Positions 1 through 16,497 of a DNA stretch of 64,000 nucleotides are shown here, piece by piece. This DNA is from the human T2T-CHM13v2.0 reference genome, Homo sapiens. Positions within the stretch are counted from its first letter, which is position 1, and every line of letters starts with the position of its first letter. A program made the position numbers and the translations under genes. The notes beneath the pieces were generated by a model. It made no database searches, was not told the origin of the DNA, and saw nothing but the letters and a program-made list of their open reading frames with translations. The DNA lies in NCBI RefSeq assembly GCF_009914755.1, contig NC_060930.1; one strand, given 5' to 3'.

Positions 1-2446
1 CAAAAAATCTGCTTATAACATGAAATACAATTACATCTGTTAGTGAAATTTTTTTTCTATTGATCCTTCCATCTTATTATAGAAGCATTCCTATTTTTAA
101 GAACCCACAAATATAAAATTTATATGAGTGGATTTTACCAATTTTGCAATCCATTCTTACATCTTTATTTGCATTATCTTTCAATCCCATTATATTATTA
201 CTGTGGTCTCAATTGATTGGCTACCTTGAAAGTTATGTGGTTCTAAGTGACTTCAAAATGTCAGCATATATTGAAACTTAATTGGAAAATTTTAAACAAC
301 CATTAGTTTATGTATATTCCATGCTCATATTTTAACCATCTAATATTTCTTTTTGTAACTGAAAATAAATGGCTGATTATGTAAAAACTGAATTATATAA
401 GGACATAATTAGAATACTTTATGAGTTTTATTTTCATGTTATAACTGTTGTAAATGTCAAAAATATAGAAAAAGAATAAAAAGAAAAATAATTTGGTGGA
501 ATAAAAATTTAATATTTATATATGAAGGAAGGCAATAGAGAAAACTATTATTAAAGCATTTATTTTAACCAGACAGCTGTCAGTAGTAAATGTGTTTGAG
601 AGGTGCTTCTATAGTCTTATGTGGGTGATCTTTTCTTATATATGTAGATAATCTTATAGTAGGTGATCTTTTCTTTTGCATAGTTAGCATTTATATAATA
701 GGAATTAAATTTTATAATAAAGATTTTTCTCAAAGGAAAAGGCTTATAAAGTGTTTGTTCTAACATTATATTTTAAAACAATGTTTGCCTTTCTGTAATG
801 CTAATATGGTTTTACTGTAGCTACCTTATATTGGTGGAAATGTACATAATTATTTATAATTCCAGGTTAGTGCAAATTGTTTAAGCTCATTAATATTAAT
901 GGTAGCTGACAAGGTACAGTATTTCTCGAGATGAAAGTATCCTTCTTTTCCCCCAGCAGCTAAGTAGTGTTTATCAAAGCCATACTTTGCATGCCCTTTG
1001 AATTCATATCTTTATGAATACAAATAAGTTTCCACATTTCAGAGCCTGTCAGGTGATGAAAGGTTTTGAAGACTGAGAAAAAGGTTAAAGGTAACTGTGA
1101 AATATTACATTTGTCATCATAATTGCAAAATAAATCATTAATTCAAGACTATTACATTTGATTAGTGGCATAGTTCATGATTGTTTCCATTAGGAAGAAG
1201 AAGTTCTGCCTCTAATGAAAGCATTTTGATCAAAGAATATGGAGTATGAGTGCAGTATAGATAAAATATTAGTAGATTTCTTAATGGTGATTTCAAATGA
1301 ACAGCATAAAAAAACACAGGTTCGGATGTTCTCACAACAGAGTACTATCCTGGGAATGCCCTAGCAAAATTATGAATTGATAAAGTCATGTGGTTTGACC
1401 AAAATATTATAAGAAATTTACAAGCTTTGTTACCCAATAAAAACTCACTGGGAATCAAATCCATCATTTCACTTTGGCTTGAAGCTAGGAAAAGCTGAAA
1501 TAAGTGTATGAATAACTGTCTTTGTGAATGTCATGGTTTGGATTTTATCTTCTGAATCTCTTGTTTGTTGAGTTATTACTGCTTGGAGGACACAGCAATA
1601 CATAAAAACATAATATAACAGAGCCAATATTTTTTTAACTTTATCAAGAAATGTATATATTGATAATATTGTTAATGATTAATTATAAAATAACTTTAGA
1701 TATTTTAAAAATGTAATTATTTATCCAATGCAAGAAAATAATAATAAATGAGATGTTACCTTTTGACATTTTATCTAATTTTTTTCTGTTATAGTTTTAA
1801 AGGGTAGTATTGTTCTGCTCAATTAATAAATACTTTGATGTATTAGAGCTTGAATTATTGTTTGAATCATATATTTTTAAATAACTCTTCTGATAACCGA
1901 AAGCTCTAATCTTGCTTGAAACACACTTAGAAACATTCTAAATAACTTAATTCAGTGTTTTTAGCTTTTCTTGGTTTGTGATTTGTCACAAACCTGGTGA
2001 AGGAAGATCATTTATCTTCAGTATATATGAATTAAAATCTCATGTTGAGTGAAAAATTCTCAAGTCTAGCCACCATTTATACTAATTTAGAATTCCACAT
2101 GTTATTTAAAAAGTAAGAATCCATGTATTTAAAAACAATTTATTTAGATCATATTGATTTTTAAAGAATGTTTAAACAAGTGTTCTGACAATAATTTACT
2201 TAATTATTAAATATTTCCATGCTTAATTCACGTATAATATTATATTTTATGGAGAAAACTGAGGGAAAATAGCAGAAATTTTCACACGGTAGAATAATAA
2301 ACTATCCATTTTGGAGGAATTGAGTCTGAACACCTAATTTATGCCTAAAGCTCAGTAACAATCCTTCTCTGTCCTTTAAATATTTGCAGTGATGGGCAAA
2401 CCATTGCCTCTTGGGGAAGACTATTTCATTTTTCAACATGGTTTAC

Positions 2447-2775
2447 TTTTTTTTTGACACACAGTTTTGGTCTGGCACCCAGGTAGGCCAGGAGTGGCAC
2501 CATCATGGCTCACTGCAACCTCAATGTCCCAGGCTCAAGTGATCCTCCCACCTCAGCCTGCCAAGTAGCTAGGACTATAGGCACACAGCACCATGCCCAG
2601 CTGAATTTTTTTTTGTTTCTTTTTGTTTGTTTGTTTTTGTTTTTCTTTTTGTTTTAGTAGAGAGGAGGTCTCACTGTGTTGCCCAGGCAGGTCTCGAATT
2701 CCTCGTCTCAAGCGATCTTCCTGCATTGGCCTCCCGAAGTGCTGGGATTACAGGTGTGAACCATGGCATGAGGCC
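2447..2775 (-). mobile_element. Alu (AluJ-like), antisense
   Basis: Poly-T, ggctcactgcaacctc...caagtgatcctcccacctcagcc, expanded T-rich linker, gtgctgggattacaggtgtga...ggcc. Confidence 0.93.
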
Positions 2776-2796
2776 ATATTTAGAATTAAAAATAAT

Positions 2797-3128
<332 letters not shown>

Positions 3129-4066
3129 ATGAAGTGGGTAAAAATTCAGGGGAAGCTTCTATTTTTTTTCTAATTCCCCTTTGCCCATCAAGTGAAACAA
3201 ACTTAAGCTTCTTTCACATGCCAGGTCTTCATATATTTAAAGATAAGTTTTGTGTTCCCAATAATTACTCACTTTCTAGGCCCAAGCTCGCTATTTGTGT
3301 CAGTGTGCCTTATAGAAAGTTCAGGTCATGGCACAGTCTATTTTAATCTGAATACCCTCTAGTTTGTTCATGCCTTTCTTAATTACTGTGGTTATTATTG
3401 ATATGAATAAAATTTTCTGTGAGTAAATACAAACTTTAAAAAATAGAATAATAGAAAACACTTATAGCATCCAAAAGCCAAATATATAAAGATGACTGAG
3501 TACTTGTCTAATGACTTTTCTGTTTTTCTACTCAGTGTGACTGATCCATATGAAATCACTCTCTAAGAGCTATAGCAGGTTTTGTGTGGCTGAGTGTTCG
3601 CATAACCCGACATGTATCATCAGATAGGTGGAAATGTTCATCTGTGTGTGAGCATAGCTAATTGCACGAGTAAAGGGGGAACCATGTGGCTTTTGATTAA
3701 GAAATGGAAAATGTAAAAACTGTTCAGTGAATTTGAGAAGCTGCACTATTCCCTCATTCCCCTCATATAAACTAGTCTTCCAAAACAAGCACTGCCCCCT
3801 TAAATTAAAAAATATTCATCCTCTCTCTCCTTGCCTGTCTCCCTCCCCTGACATTATTTATAGAATTATTTGAACATTGAGCTGCAGGGTGAGTTAATTC
3901 CCTTGTAACAAACGGAAAGTGTTCAGAGTCAGACAAAATTTTAAATTAGTGAAAAGTAGATATATATTTTTTAAAAACACAAATCTTTCTTGAGAATGAT
4001 ACCTTTGGGTTTAAAATAATAATGTGGTATCTGTTGGCACACTGGCACCTCTCCTCTCATTATTGA

Positions 4067-4390
<324 letters not shown>

Positions 4391-4636
4391 TAATTTTCTG
4401 AAGCCCATTCCAGGTTCTTATTGTATTCTTATGTGCTTTATTTTGAGTTTTGAAAATTCAGCTAAGGGGTAGAAAGACAGAATCAAACACCAATCCTAAT
4501 TTCACATATCCAAACAAAGAATACCTATGTTGAATACTTCTTCTCTGTATTTGTAAAATAAGCATTTTTTTATTCCTGTGAAAGATCAGCTAGTTTGGTA
4601 GGTTGGATGAAAGATAGATGTAGTAAACAATATTAT

Positions 4637-4700
4637 AGATAGATAGATAGATACACACACACGTACACATACACATACACACACACATATGTATATATAT
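4637..4700. repeat. Compound (GATA)n/(CA)n/(TA)n microsatellite
   Basis: Read directly from the sequence. Confidence 0.85.
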
Positions 4701-4784
4701 ATTTAGAATTCCAGTCATTTAAAAAGTAAGAATCCATGTATTCAAAAACAATTTATTCAAAAACAATATGGTCTAACAATTTAG

Positions 4785-5165
<381 letters not shown>

Positions 5166-7424
5166 TAAAGAATTTTTCTGCTATGAAGTTTTTGCTAGGG
5201 TAGTTTCTCAAGGCAAAGCCTTGTGATGAGTCAGTGAAACTTGCCAAGAAATTCAGAATTATGCCTTACTATTTTATCTGGCTGTTTATGTGCAAAGAAT
5301 GCATATAAAACGTAACAAACTTTATAAGGCATGTTAAGGTTAGAAAAGTTTTTACTCATATGTGGAACAATATAATATTCACTGAAACACTCAAGTTTGT
5401 GGAACTGCTTTTGTGTAGATGTCATTTAGAGACTTAGAAAATAGAATTTACTAAATGATATTTATTTCAGTGAGTTAAAGGAATATTTTAATAAATATTT
5501 GCTAACTACAGGTTGTCTGCTTTCTTATGTTAATGCATTTTATTATTTTTGCATACAAATGGTTATCTTGAATTATCAGTTAAAAACAAGTCTCAGAGAA
5601 ATACAATAAAGTAACAAAAATGAAATTTTAATTTTCATTGAAAGTTACATTGGTGATGCAGCTGCATACTATTTTGCTTACTATAGAGTGATAATTAATT
5701 TTACTTTAAGATGTTTATCAACAATATAAACAGTGCTCTTTAAATTAGAACATAAAAACATTTTATTTTAGGACACTTCGCTATACTTTCATAATTACAT
5801 TGAGATTGAATTTCATTTGAATTTAAATTCTCTCAAAGTATGCCAGGAGCACATTTTGTTCATGCATGCAGTATATAGAACTCTGTGCAGAAATTTGCCC
5901 ATTTGCCAATAAAATTGGTCATCTGCAAATTGACAGATAAGAACTCTTTCAAGGGAATAGGAAACTGGGAGCTACAGGATTAAAAAAAGGGAAAATAATT
6001 TCAAAAACATTTTCAATTAGATAAGAAAGAGTGAAATGCATCTAGATACAAATTAGAGTAATTTTGTTTTCTTATTTAAAATGTGAAATATTTATAAATA
6101 ATTAAAAATTAGGAATACATTATTAAGAGTCCTTAAAAATAAGTATGTTTGATCTCTGTTAGCTCAAATTAAACCTATTAAATTTATTATATTGCTTTCT
6201 TCCTAAATCATTACTTCTTTGTCATTGGTAAAGTTCTGTGTTCCAATTTTGAATGTCAGGTTCTATATGAATGATTTCTGTGAGTATGTGTAATCAAATG
6301 ATCCAAGGGATCCTCAGTTGCAAATTGGTCCACTTATGTTTATGGATGGTCATCTACAAAACTATATAAATATAGATACATGTGCATTGTTAATCTGTGG
6401 ATTGTTTACTTCTCCATTCCTTCCTGATGTAATTCATGTATAGGTTGTCCAAACATCATATATCCTTATAATGTATACATTATATACATATGTGCATGCA
6501 CACAGGTATGTACATCATACATGTGATATTTTGTATTAATTATCATCCTTAAACTCCTCATAGGAAGAAGAAAATTGACAAGTATTCAAAATGTCTACAG
6601 ACATATTAACTTTATTCACAATCCTACGTGTATGCACATGTGTGGCATTTTTATTTAATATATGTGGGTCTTAAGTGATTCACTAAATAGATAATGGGAT
6701 TTGCAATCAGGTCCTACAATAATTTGGTAAAATACAGCCTCATGTATTTGTTCTATTCCTGCTTTAAATTATATTCTCAATTATATCATTGAGGCAAATA
6801 TAAATAGGGACACATGTATAGCTAGTTGATTATATACATTTAATGGAGTCCTGACCTCAAATTTATTAAAATGCTTACTATTTAGTTACTCGTTACTATT
6901 TAAAGGAAACTTTGCCACTCCCTTGGCTTTGAAGGTGACATAGACAGTTGGATATTTGAAAAGTCTGATTAGTTAAGTGGTAATGCTAACTTAGAATTGT
7001 TACAGAATTATTCATAGAATAAATATGTCTTGAAATCCTCTGAAGAATAAAACATATTGCTGTTCCATTTTATGCAACATTTAATTCAATGAATTTTGAT
7101 TATCAACTGATACATGCCAGGGAGAGTTAAATGCCACGAAAGGAATTATATGCCACTAAAGGAAACAAAGGCCCAGCCCTTGTTGAGCTTCTAATCCCTA
7201 TTGAGGGACATGTAATAACTCATATTTTTAATACTATTTGCAATGGGATAATTGCACTTGTAACAGACCAATTGTTGCCTCTTACTTTACAGCATTTTTG
7301 AGAACTTTGATTATTTAATATGATAGAACTGACTCGAAGGCAGAAAAGTCCCTTTGAAATGTATTTATAAATATATAGTAGACTTTTTGTCTTTTTGTTT
7401 ATGTGTCAAAGTCTCAAGGTAGAA

Positions 7425-8358
7425 TTTTTTTCAACTTTCATTTTAAAATCAGGGAGTGCATGTGCAGGTTTGTTACAAGGCTATATTGCATGATGCTGAG
7501 CATTGGGTACAACTGAACCAATCACCCAATGAACAGGGTATCCAATAGATAGTTTTTCAACCCTTAACCTCTTCTCTCCCTCCCCACGCTTGTAGTCTCC
7601 AGTGTCTATTTTTTCCTAGATTTATGTACGTATGTACCAAATGTTTAGCTCCTACTTATAAATAAGAACATGAAGTATTTGGTTTTCTGTTCCTCTGTAA
7701 TTCACTTAGGATAATGGCTTTCAGCTACATCCATGTTGCTGCAAAGAACATAATTTTGTTCTTTTATATGGCTGCATAGTATTCCATGGTGTATATGTAC
7801 CACATTTTCTTTATTCAATCCACAATTGATGGGCATCTTGGTTGATTCCATGTCTTTGCTGTTGTGAATAGTGCTGCAATGAACATATGCATGCATGTGT
7901 CTATTTGATAGAATCATGTATTTTCCTTTGTGTATATACCCAGTAATGGTATTGCTGAGTCAAATGTCGTTCTATGTTTAGCTCTTTGAAAAATCTCCAA
8001 ACTTCTTTCTACAATGGCTGAACTAATTTACATTCCCACCAAACTGTACAAGCATTCCTTTTTCTCTGCAACCTCACCAACATTTATTGTTTTGACTTCT
8101 TAATAATAGCCATTCAGACTAGTGTGAAATGGTATCTCATTGAGGTTTTGTTTTGCATTTCTCTGATGATTAGTGATGCTGAACGTTTCTTTCATATGTT
8201 TGTTGGCTGCATGTACATCTTCTTTTGAGGAGTATCTGTTCCTGTCCTTTGCTTACTTTTTTAATGGGGTTATTTGTTTTTTGCTTGTTGATTTATTTCA
8301 GTTTCTTATAGGTTCTGGGTATTAGACCTTTGCTTGATGCATAGTTTGTGAATATTTG
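7425..8358 (-). mobile_element. 5'-truncated old primate L1 (L1PA13-16-like): 3'UTR plus ORF2 C-terminus
   Basis: L1 3'UTR motif catgtgcaggtttgttac; ORF2 tail ggtatctcattgaggttttg; degenerate TSD caaggtagaatttt (7415) / caaggtatagtttt (8359). Confidence 0.9.
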
Positions 8359-11300
8359 CAAGGTATAGTTTTAATGATAGAATTCAGCAAAGAGAATTTG
8401 TCAGCTTCTCAAAAGAGCAAGATGACTATTTGATGATGTGATAGGAAATTTACTGTGAACTGAAATGGGAAAAACTCCACCTCATACACAATAAAATAAA
8501 CATTACTGTCTTTATGATGGACTTATGTATCTGCTTTTACTGCAAAACACACATGTGCTTTTTTTTTTACATATTTCCTTTTTCCTTTCCATATTTATTT
8601 ATTATGTATGCTGTTGCTCCCATTTGTATTCATTTCTTTTTTGTTGTGTTGTCCAGTTTGATACATGATAATTATACTTTCATCCAGTCTTTGTTCCCAC
8701 CCCCAAAACAGATGGGATGATAAATGAAATATAGTGCTGGAATAGGATAAATTCTTAAAATGATGTTAACAGGAGCTATTTATTTTTTACGATAATTAGC
8801 ATTTGTTGTTGTCATGGATGAATGCTTTTAAACACGCTGAAAGTCTGTTATAGCTCTGAATGATGTCCAAAAATGATGGAAAAGAATTGGCTTCAGAAAC
8901 AAAGCTGTGTTTCTGTCAGTCATTTTGGAACATATGATTCATTTTAAATATAAACTAAAAATAAGTTGGCTAGATGACAGCTTGTAAGCAATTCCAGAAT
9001 AAGTTGTTCATATTTGCTTTAAAATCCCTGTGTTTCATCTTTGTTTATAGATCAGCAGTCCATTAACAAAAAAACTCTGGACTGGTAAACAGAAGCATGG
9101 GATTCTATTCCCAGTTTTGCTACTAAATTACTGGTACAACTTCAGAAAATACAAGAAGGGAATGGAAATGCCTGCAGAAATGAGCTATAATGCACTATGA
9201 ATTGACATTGTGTTAGTTGCTGTCACGTAAACTATTTCACTTAATCTTCAAAACAATTCTGTGTGTCCCAAAGGAAACAGGTGATCATGACATCATACCT
9301 GTTATCTCCAGTGACTGGCTCTCCTGCTCACCAGAGCCTAAACTAGAAACATGAACATCTTCCTTGATTCTTTTCTTTTTTTGGCTCGACAACAATCGGT
9401 TGTCAATTCTATACTTGTATGATCTCTCAAATCTTTTATTTTTTTCCTACCCCCTACCACTTCTTAGGTCAAAATCACCTCCCTCTGTCAGCTGGATGAT
9501 TAACAGCCTTCTAACTGGTCTCCCTTTTTCTAGTCTCTCCATTGCAGTTAGTGTAATTTTTTTAAAAATGCAATTCTGATCTGTTTCCCTCTTAATAGCT
9601 TCTCATTCCTCTAAGGCATTTTTAAGAAGACTTACAATGCTTAGTGTGATGTAGCCCCTATACTTGTCCAGTGATATTTGAGTCCAAATCCCCCACTAAT
9701 TTATTTCAAATTGAGCCAGTAGACACCTTTTAGTTGTTGAAAATAATCTTCTGTTTACCTGGGAAGCTCTCTTTCTGATCCTATTCCTCCTAGCCATGAA
9801 GTGCACACGTACATGTGCACATTTGCACAAACACACTCAGGCATACCATCCGGCTTGGGTGTCACAAAGAAAGGCTGCCCTGACCCCTGCTTTCAAGTCT
9901 GGAATAGGTCTCTCCAAACACATCCCAAAGGACCATGGAAACACCCATGACCATCCCCACCCCCATGAGAACTCTTATCACACTCTGAATGGCTTTTCTT
10001 GGGTGGATCTTCTACTGGATCAACCACACATCTGAGCAGGGTGAACCCTAAGGCTGCTCACTGTTTTATCACCAGCATCTAGAATGTTGCCTGGTTGTGG
10101 AAGTACCTTAATACTTCTTAATAATAGGAAGATGTGTTATATCCATTTTTAAGCAAGATAATTCCAATGAGTTAAGTATTCTGCCAAAGTCAAATTTGGT
10201 TAAGTAGCCTTTAACTACTTGCCAAGGAATAAATAGATTCAGCCATAATTTTCAGATATATGGACATGACTCTTTTATGATTTCAAAAATTTTATAAGAA
10301 AGCTCGAGTGAATTGTGTTTCTTTGATTTCAACTGCAGTTAAACATATATATGTGAGTATATACATATATATGTATTCTTATTTGAGCAATTATTAAATT
10401 TCTGTATACCAGCTGCTATCTTAGGCAGAGGGGACAAGAATTATAGATAAAACTTTGACCTTCTCCATGGGCTCAGAGTAGAGTAAGTTAGGAGAGAATA
10501 ACACTACACTCTAGTGTAACAAGTGCACAGAGAGGCAAGAAAACAGCATCATGACATCTCAGGAGAAGAAGGGCTCAGGAGAAGAAGCTGCCTGGAAAGG
10601 ATGGAGAAGAGTTTTAGAGAAAGTGACGTTATAAAATTATCATGAAGGATAAGTAAAATGCTGCAACTGGAGAAGAGTCTACAGTGTGCAACATGTGTAA
10701 ATGTGAAGACGACTGAGGGAGCCAGTTTGTCAGGAAATTGCAAGCACTTCATTATGACTGAGTAACAGAAACAAGGAAGATGAGGAATGATCAATGGATT
10801 TTATAAAAAGCTAGCGTAGGAGAGATCACAGAGAGCTTTGTACTACCAAGTCCACCTTTTCTTGCCCACCCTGCCCTGGAATCTACATGGTTATAGCAAT
10901 ATCAGTGATGTTTGTGTGATGTGAGCCTGCTTTCAAACCACCATGGAATGCCTCAAAAATTGGCATATATCCATTCACCTTTTTCCTGGAAACTCAGAAA
11001 AAGACATAGAGGGCCATCTGTCAGCCTAGACTATTGTGGTTACTACGGTCTTTGGTATCAGGACATTCTAGACTGAAATCCTGACCCTGTCGTGTAGTTT
11101 TTAGCAAGGGATTTGACCACTAACAGTCTGAGAGTTGATGCATGTATAAGGTGAGGATAATATGTGTCATACTTCACAGGATTGTTGTTGTGTAAAGTGC
11201 CTCATAGAGGAAACATAACAAGAATTTAAAACTTTCAACAATATAAATGCTATGGGCCATGTGCCATTTTTCTTCACTAAACTCTATGATAAAGAAATTA

Positions 11301-13054
11301 TTAATCTCACAATTTTTGAAATTGATGCTTGTTTATTATAGGAAATTCAGGAACTACAATAAAGTTTAATAAAAATAAGATAAAATAATCAAGATTTTTT
11401 GCTATCAAGTTAATCATTTTAGATTTCTTTCCAGTCTGTTTCTCTACAAATACACATACACATACACACAAAGAGCATATCATTTAGAGTTCTGGGAAAG
11501 AAACAGAAGAAACACGTAGCTTGTAATCCCACTATTTTAATATGAGAAAACTTAGATGCAGTGAGTTGAAGTAATTTGCCCAAGGTTACATACATAGCAC
11601 ATAAGTGATAGATCTGGGTTTTGAAACTAGGCAGTCAACTTTAGAATCTACTCTGTTAAATACTGTTACATGATGTTAGTTGTTGTTTTATTTTGTGGGG
11701 GTTTTTTTTGGCTCTTTTTAAAAATCATTATTTTAAGCAAGATAATGGCAAGATTAGAACTATTTTTGGTAATGGCTTTCTGACTGCAGTGTGGAGAATG
11801 TGTTGGGGATATGAGATATGGAGAGCAATAGGGCAACACTGGAAGCAGGGGAATTCCTGAATTAGCCAAGTTGAAAAGAGATGACAGTTTCAATTAAGAA
11901 GATTTTGATGGAATAATGTTGACATGAAGAATTCTAAGAGGACTTAGGAGATACAGATTGTAGAATTTAGTAAGTGGTTGCCGGGAAGGAGTGATGAAGA
12001 CAGGAAATAAGAATTACTCTATGTTCCTAGTTGGGGATACTAATCAGTGGCACATTTACCTAGAAGGGGAAAACAAGAAAAACAGCTTCAAGAGAGAAGA
12101 TGGTGTCTGCTTCTTAACATATGAAGTTTGAAACATCTATGAAATATTCACTTGCTATCATTCAGTGGTATTGTATATATCATAAATTCATCTTAAAAAT
12201 AGGAACTTGGTCTGGGCAGGCATATAATGCTTCCCTTGGCATTTTGCTGTGCCCTTCATTTGAACTTCTTTGTAGTATTAGGAAATGAAGAAAATCAACA
12301 AAAAACAATGAAATAAAAATAGGGTGATAGTACAAAAGAAATGAGTTAGTAGGTGGGCAGCCATGGAGATAAATATAGACATGAGAAGAGCTTACAGACA
12401 GAATGTACATTCTTTTCATTAGTGAAGGAAAAGCAGTAATATTTTTAGAAATAGTAATATTTACCAAATTGAGCCTAGACTAATTTCTATGATACGATCA
12501 CAGGAAAAAAAAAAGCCAAAGCTTTTATCTTAAGCAAAAACACAAACACTTTCTTAAAACACTAACTTTATTCATTTGGATGAAGTATACTTATAGATTG
12601 CTTTAGATACATTTTTGTGTGCTTTTGGAGTTAGCATAATATAATGGAAAGTCAATTAATAGTGAAAACTCATTTTATTTTATCTTGCACGTATATTTAA
12701 ATAGGATAAAATAAAATTAAAGTTAATATAAAAATGTATATTCCTGGAAGACACTAATTTTTGAATAAGATAATTTTTATATTATGAAGCATACAATCAA
12801 ATAATTTCCATTTTATTTTAGGGAGTGGGGTAATTTGGATCTCAGATGATTATATGTTGTACATTTTAAATACAAGCTTCAAGTGCTGTGTTCTCTAATT
12901 CCAAGTGCAAATACAATTAGCAATTATGAGTTAAACTTAATTATTTGGATATACTTGATTACATAGCTTGGTGTAGTAGTATTTCCACACAGTTGGTTAT
13001 GCTTGAACTTATTTTTTTATTCCTATTTAAGCAATCATAAAAATTTTTTTAGAA

Positions 13055-14228
13055 AAAAGTTAACTCAAGATGGATTAAAGACTTAAACGTAAGACCAAAA
13101 ACCCTAAAAACCCTAGAAGAAAACCTAGGCAATACCTTTCAGGACATAGGCATGGGCAAAGATTTCATGACTAAAACACCAAAAGCAATGGCAACAGAAG
13201 CCAAGATTGACTAATGGGATCTAATTAAACTAAACAGCTTCTGCACAGCAAAAGAAACTATCATCAGAGTGAACAGGCAACCTAGAGAATGGGAGAAAAT
13301 TTTTGCAATCTATCCATCTGAAAAAGGGCTAATATCCAGAATCTACAAGGAGCTTAACCAAATTTACAAGAAGAAAAAACCCTATCAAAAAGTGGGTGAA
13401 GGATATGAACAGACATTTCTCAAAAGAAGACATTTTTGTGGCCAACAAACATATGAAAAAAAGCTCATCATCACTGGTCATTAGAGAAATGCAAATCAAA
13501 ACCACAATGAGATACCATCTCACACCAATTAGAATAGCAATCATTAAAAAGTCAGGAAACAACAGATGCTGGAGAGGATGTGGAGAAATAGCAATGCTTT
13601 TACACTGTTGGTAGGAGTGTAAATTAGTTCAACCATTGTGGAAGACAGTGTGGTGATTCCTCAAGGATCTAGAACCAGAAATACCATTTGACCCAGTAAT
13701 CCCGTTACTGGGTATATACCCAAAGGATTATAAATCATTCTACTATAAAGACACATGCACACGTATGTTTATTGCAGAACTGTTCACAATAGCAAAGACA
13801 GAATCAACCCAAATGCCCATCAATAATAGACTGGATAAAGAAAATGTGGCACATATAAACTATGGAATGCTATGCAGCCATAAAAAAAAGGATGAGTTCA
13901 TGTCCTTTGCAGGGTCATAGATGAAGCTGGAAACCATCATTCTCAGCAAACTAACACAAGAACAGAAAACCAAACACCGCATGTTCTCAGTCATAAGTGG
14001 GAGTTGAACGATGAGAACACATGGACACAGAGGGGGCACATCACACACTGGGGCCTGTCAGGGGGTGAGGGAGTAGGAGAGGGATAGCATTGGGAGAAAC
14101 TCCTAAGGTAGATGACGGCTTGATGGGTGCAGCAAACCACCATGGCACATGTATACCTACGTAACATACCTGCATGTTCTGCACATGTATCCCATAACTT
14201 AAAGTATAATAAAAAAAAGAAAAGAAAA
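13055..14228 (+). mobile_element. 5'-truncated L1 (L1PA7-like), sense to GRIK2, about 1.2 kb
   Basis: ORF2 C-terminal peptides ([13 protein letters not shown]...[15 protein letters not shown]), 3'UTR, AATAAA at 14208 and an A-tail. Confidence 0.95.
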
Positions 14229-15869
14229 TTATTTCTTGGGTTCTGATTAAATAATAGTGAATATTTCCAAATATGTTTATAGGACTAATTCTCAAGTTTT
14301 AAAACCTTTAAAATATATGCCAACACGGAAAGACAAAAATCAAATTTTGAATCTGTAGCAATCACACAATTCATGTTTCTGTAGATAGTGAAATAAATCC
14401 ACACTAGATCTAAAAATGTAGAAGGAGCAAGTCTTATACTAAACCTCAATAATATTTGCATTTTGGGGGGGCGGGGAAATGTGAAGGAAGAATAATTCTG
14501 GTGATAGTCAAACACTGCCATTTTTTAATTTACATTTTTCTAAATTTAAGCATATTGGCATGCACATTTTTGGTAGGTACTGCCCTCCTGCCCCCTACAG
14601 CCTTTCCTTGTTCTTGGCTATCTTCCTTTCTATGTGGTGAAGTGGGAAGGATAGTTCTTGTATCATCTCTCTGAAACACTTGAAAATTTTGACCATTCCT
14701 TTTTTCAGGGCAAAAATAAAAATTCTTTTGCTTTGGCTTCTGCACTGTCATTCTATCTGTGTTACCTCCTTCTTTTTGGCCATTTATTCCCATTGTCATA
14801 CTCTTAAACTCCTTTTTCTTTTCCTATTTCTTAACTCATGATGTTGTTCAAGATTTTATTCCCAGTCTTGTTTTCTCATTGTTTACCTCGTTCTCCCTAA
14901 AACCTTTCATTTGACTCGTGTTTCTGTACCTGTATGCTGTAGACTCACCAATCTACATTTTCAGTTGTTTGTACTGACCTCCATATTCACAGTTCCAGCC
15001 ATCACTGATCATCTTTATTTGAATGTCTCATAGGTACATCTAACGCAACATAACAAAAGCCAAACTCAGTATCTTTGCCCGAAATTTGCTTTTTACTCCT
15101 GAATTTCCCTCTTTATTGGGTTGCCCACATCAGATCCCTAGTGATCATTCTAGATTCTTTCCTCTCTCTCACCCTCTATTTTCAGTTGATCATTTAGACT
15201 TCCCATTTTTATCTCACATTTCTCAAATTTACTCCTAGCTTCTATCCCTGTCTTAGTTAATATCATTTAGTGCTGAAACAACGCCCTGCCTGCTACTCTA
15301 TTTAAATGTGTCTACCTGACGTAGAGAAAAGGGTCTTTTTTTGAAATGATAGTCTCATGAGGTCATTCCCAAGCTTAAAGCTGTTCATAGTCTCCCCAGT
15401 TCAGAGAAAAATGAATTGTTCCTCGGCATGACACATACAGTGTCCATCATTGACACTCTCATGCCTCTCTGATTTTAAATTTCTGGTATTCCTTCTCTTA
15501 ATATTGTGCTGCAGCTTTCCTTGAATAATTATAGCTCTCTCTTACCAAGCATGCTATGCTGTCTCAATCTCTTTGCTGTGCACAAGTTGTCCTCTCTGCC
15601 TGATGTGTCTTTCCCATTTGGTGGCCTATTCATCACCTGTAAGATGTACCTTAAAATAGAATATCATTTCTAAATATTTATAAATTATTTCTAAATATTC
15701 TAATATTTAGAATATTATTTCTTGATGCAAGAGTTACTTTAGTAGATAAAATAGTTCATCTTCATTTCTGTAGTAAGTCTTATTTTTAGCATCCTCACAT
15801 AAGTAATTTAGCAGGAGTGATGCTGTCCTGGTCATGGAAGCTCTAAATATCTTACAATTTATTTACCTA

Positions 15870-16270
15870 TTTATTCATTTACTGATTTGTTTGTTTGTTT
15901 TATTACTTTATTTACTCCACAAGTAATTATCAAGTATCTAGTATGTGTCAGCACTGTTCTAGGTACCGGAGATATATAAGTAAACAAAATAGATAAAAAT
16001 TCTTTGCCTTATGGAGCTTACATTCTAATGTAAGGTGATAAACAATAACAAAATAAATATGTGTACACAATAGTATCAAACGTGATAGGTGTTATGAAGA
16101 GAAATAAAGCAGGAGAGATGTGTAGGGAGTACATGGGAAGAAATATTGCAGTATTAAGAAGGGTTGCCAGAAAATACCTTATTTAGAAAATGGCATTTGA
16201 ACTAAGACTTGAATAAACTAAGCAATTATGCCATATCTAAAGAAAAGTGTTTCAGAAAAAGCAAGGAGAA
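15870..16270 (-). mobile_element. L2 (L2a-like) 3' fragment
   Basis: ttattcattt...tatgtgtcagcactgttctaggtac...gccttatggagcttacattctaa resembles the reverse complement of the L2 3' end. Confidence 0.7.
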
Positions 16271-16497
16271 AAAATATAACCACGGGGAAAATAGATTAAG
16301 AATTTTGAGCTAAAGGAGCCACGTTTTAGTTTTGATGATGAGTTTTGGGAAAATCTAAAAACCAAAGAAGACTATTGTGACATCTGTCATTTGTTGTGTG
16401 TGTGTATGTAGATCTGTAGATATATGATGACATATGTAGATGTTTCATTACTGTTTTAGTAACAATAATGTCATTTCTTTTAAAATAGCTTTGTGTA

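Noticed and set aside
12672-15716. Small inverted repeats at 12672-12717 (13-bp stem) and 15694-15716 (10-bp stem)
   Set aside because: Almost purely A/T, expected by chance at this composition and too weak for a miRNA or MITE call.
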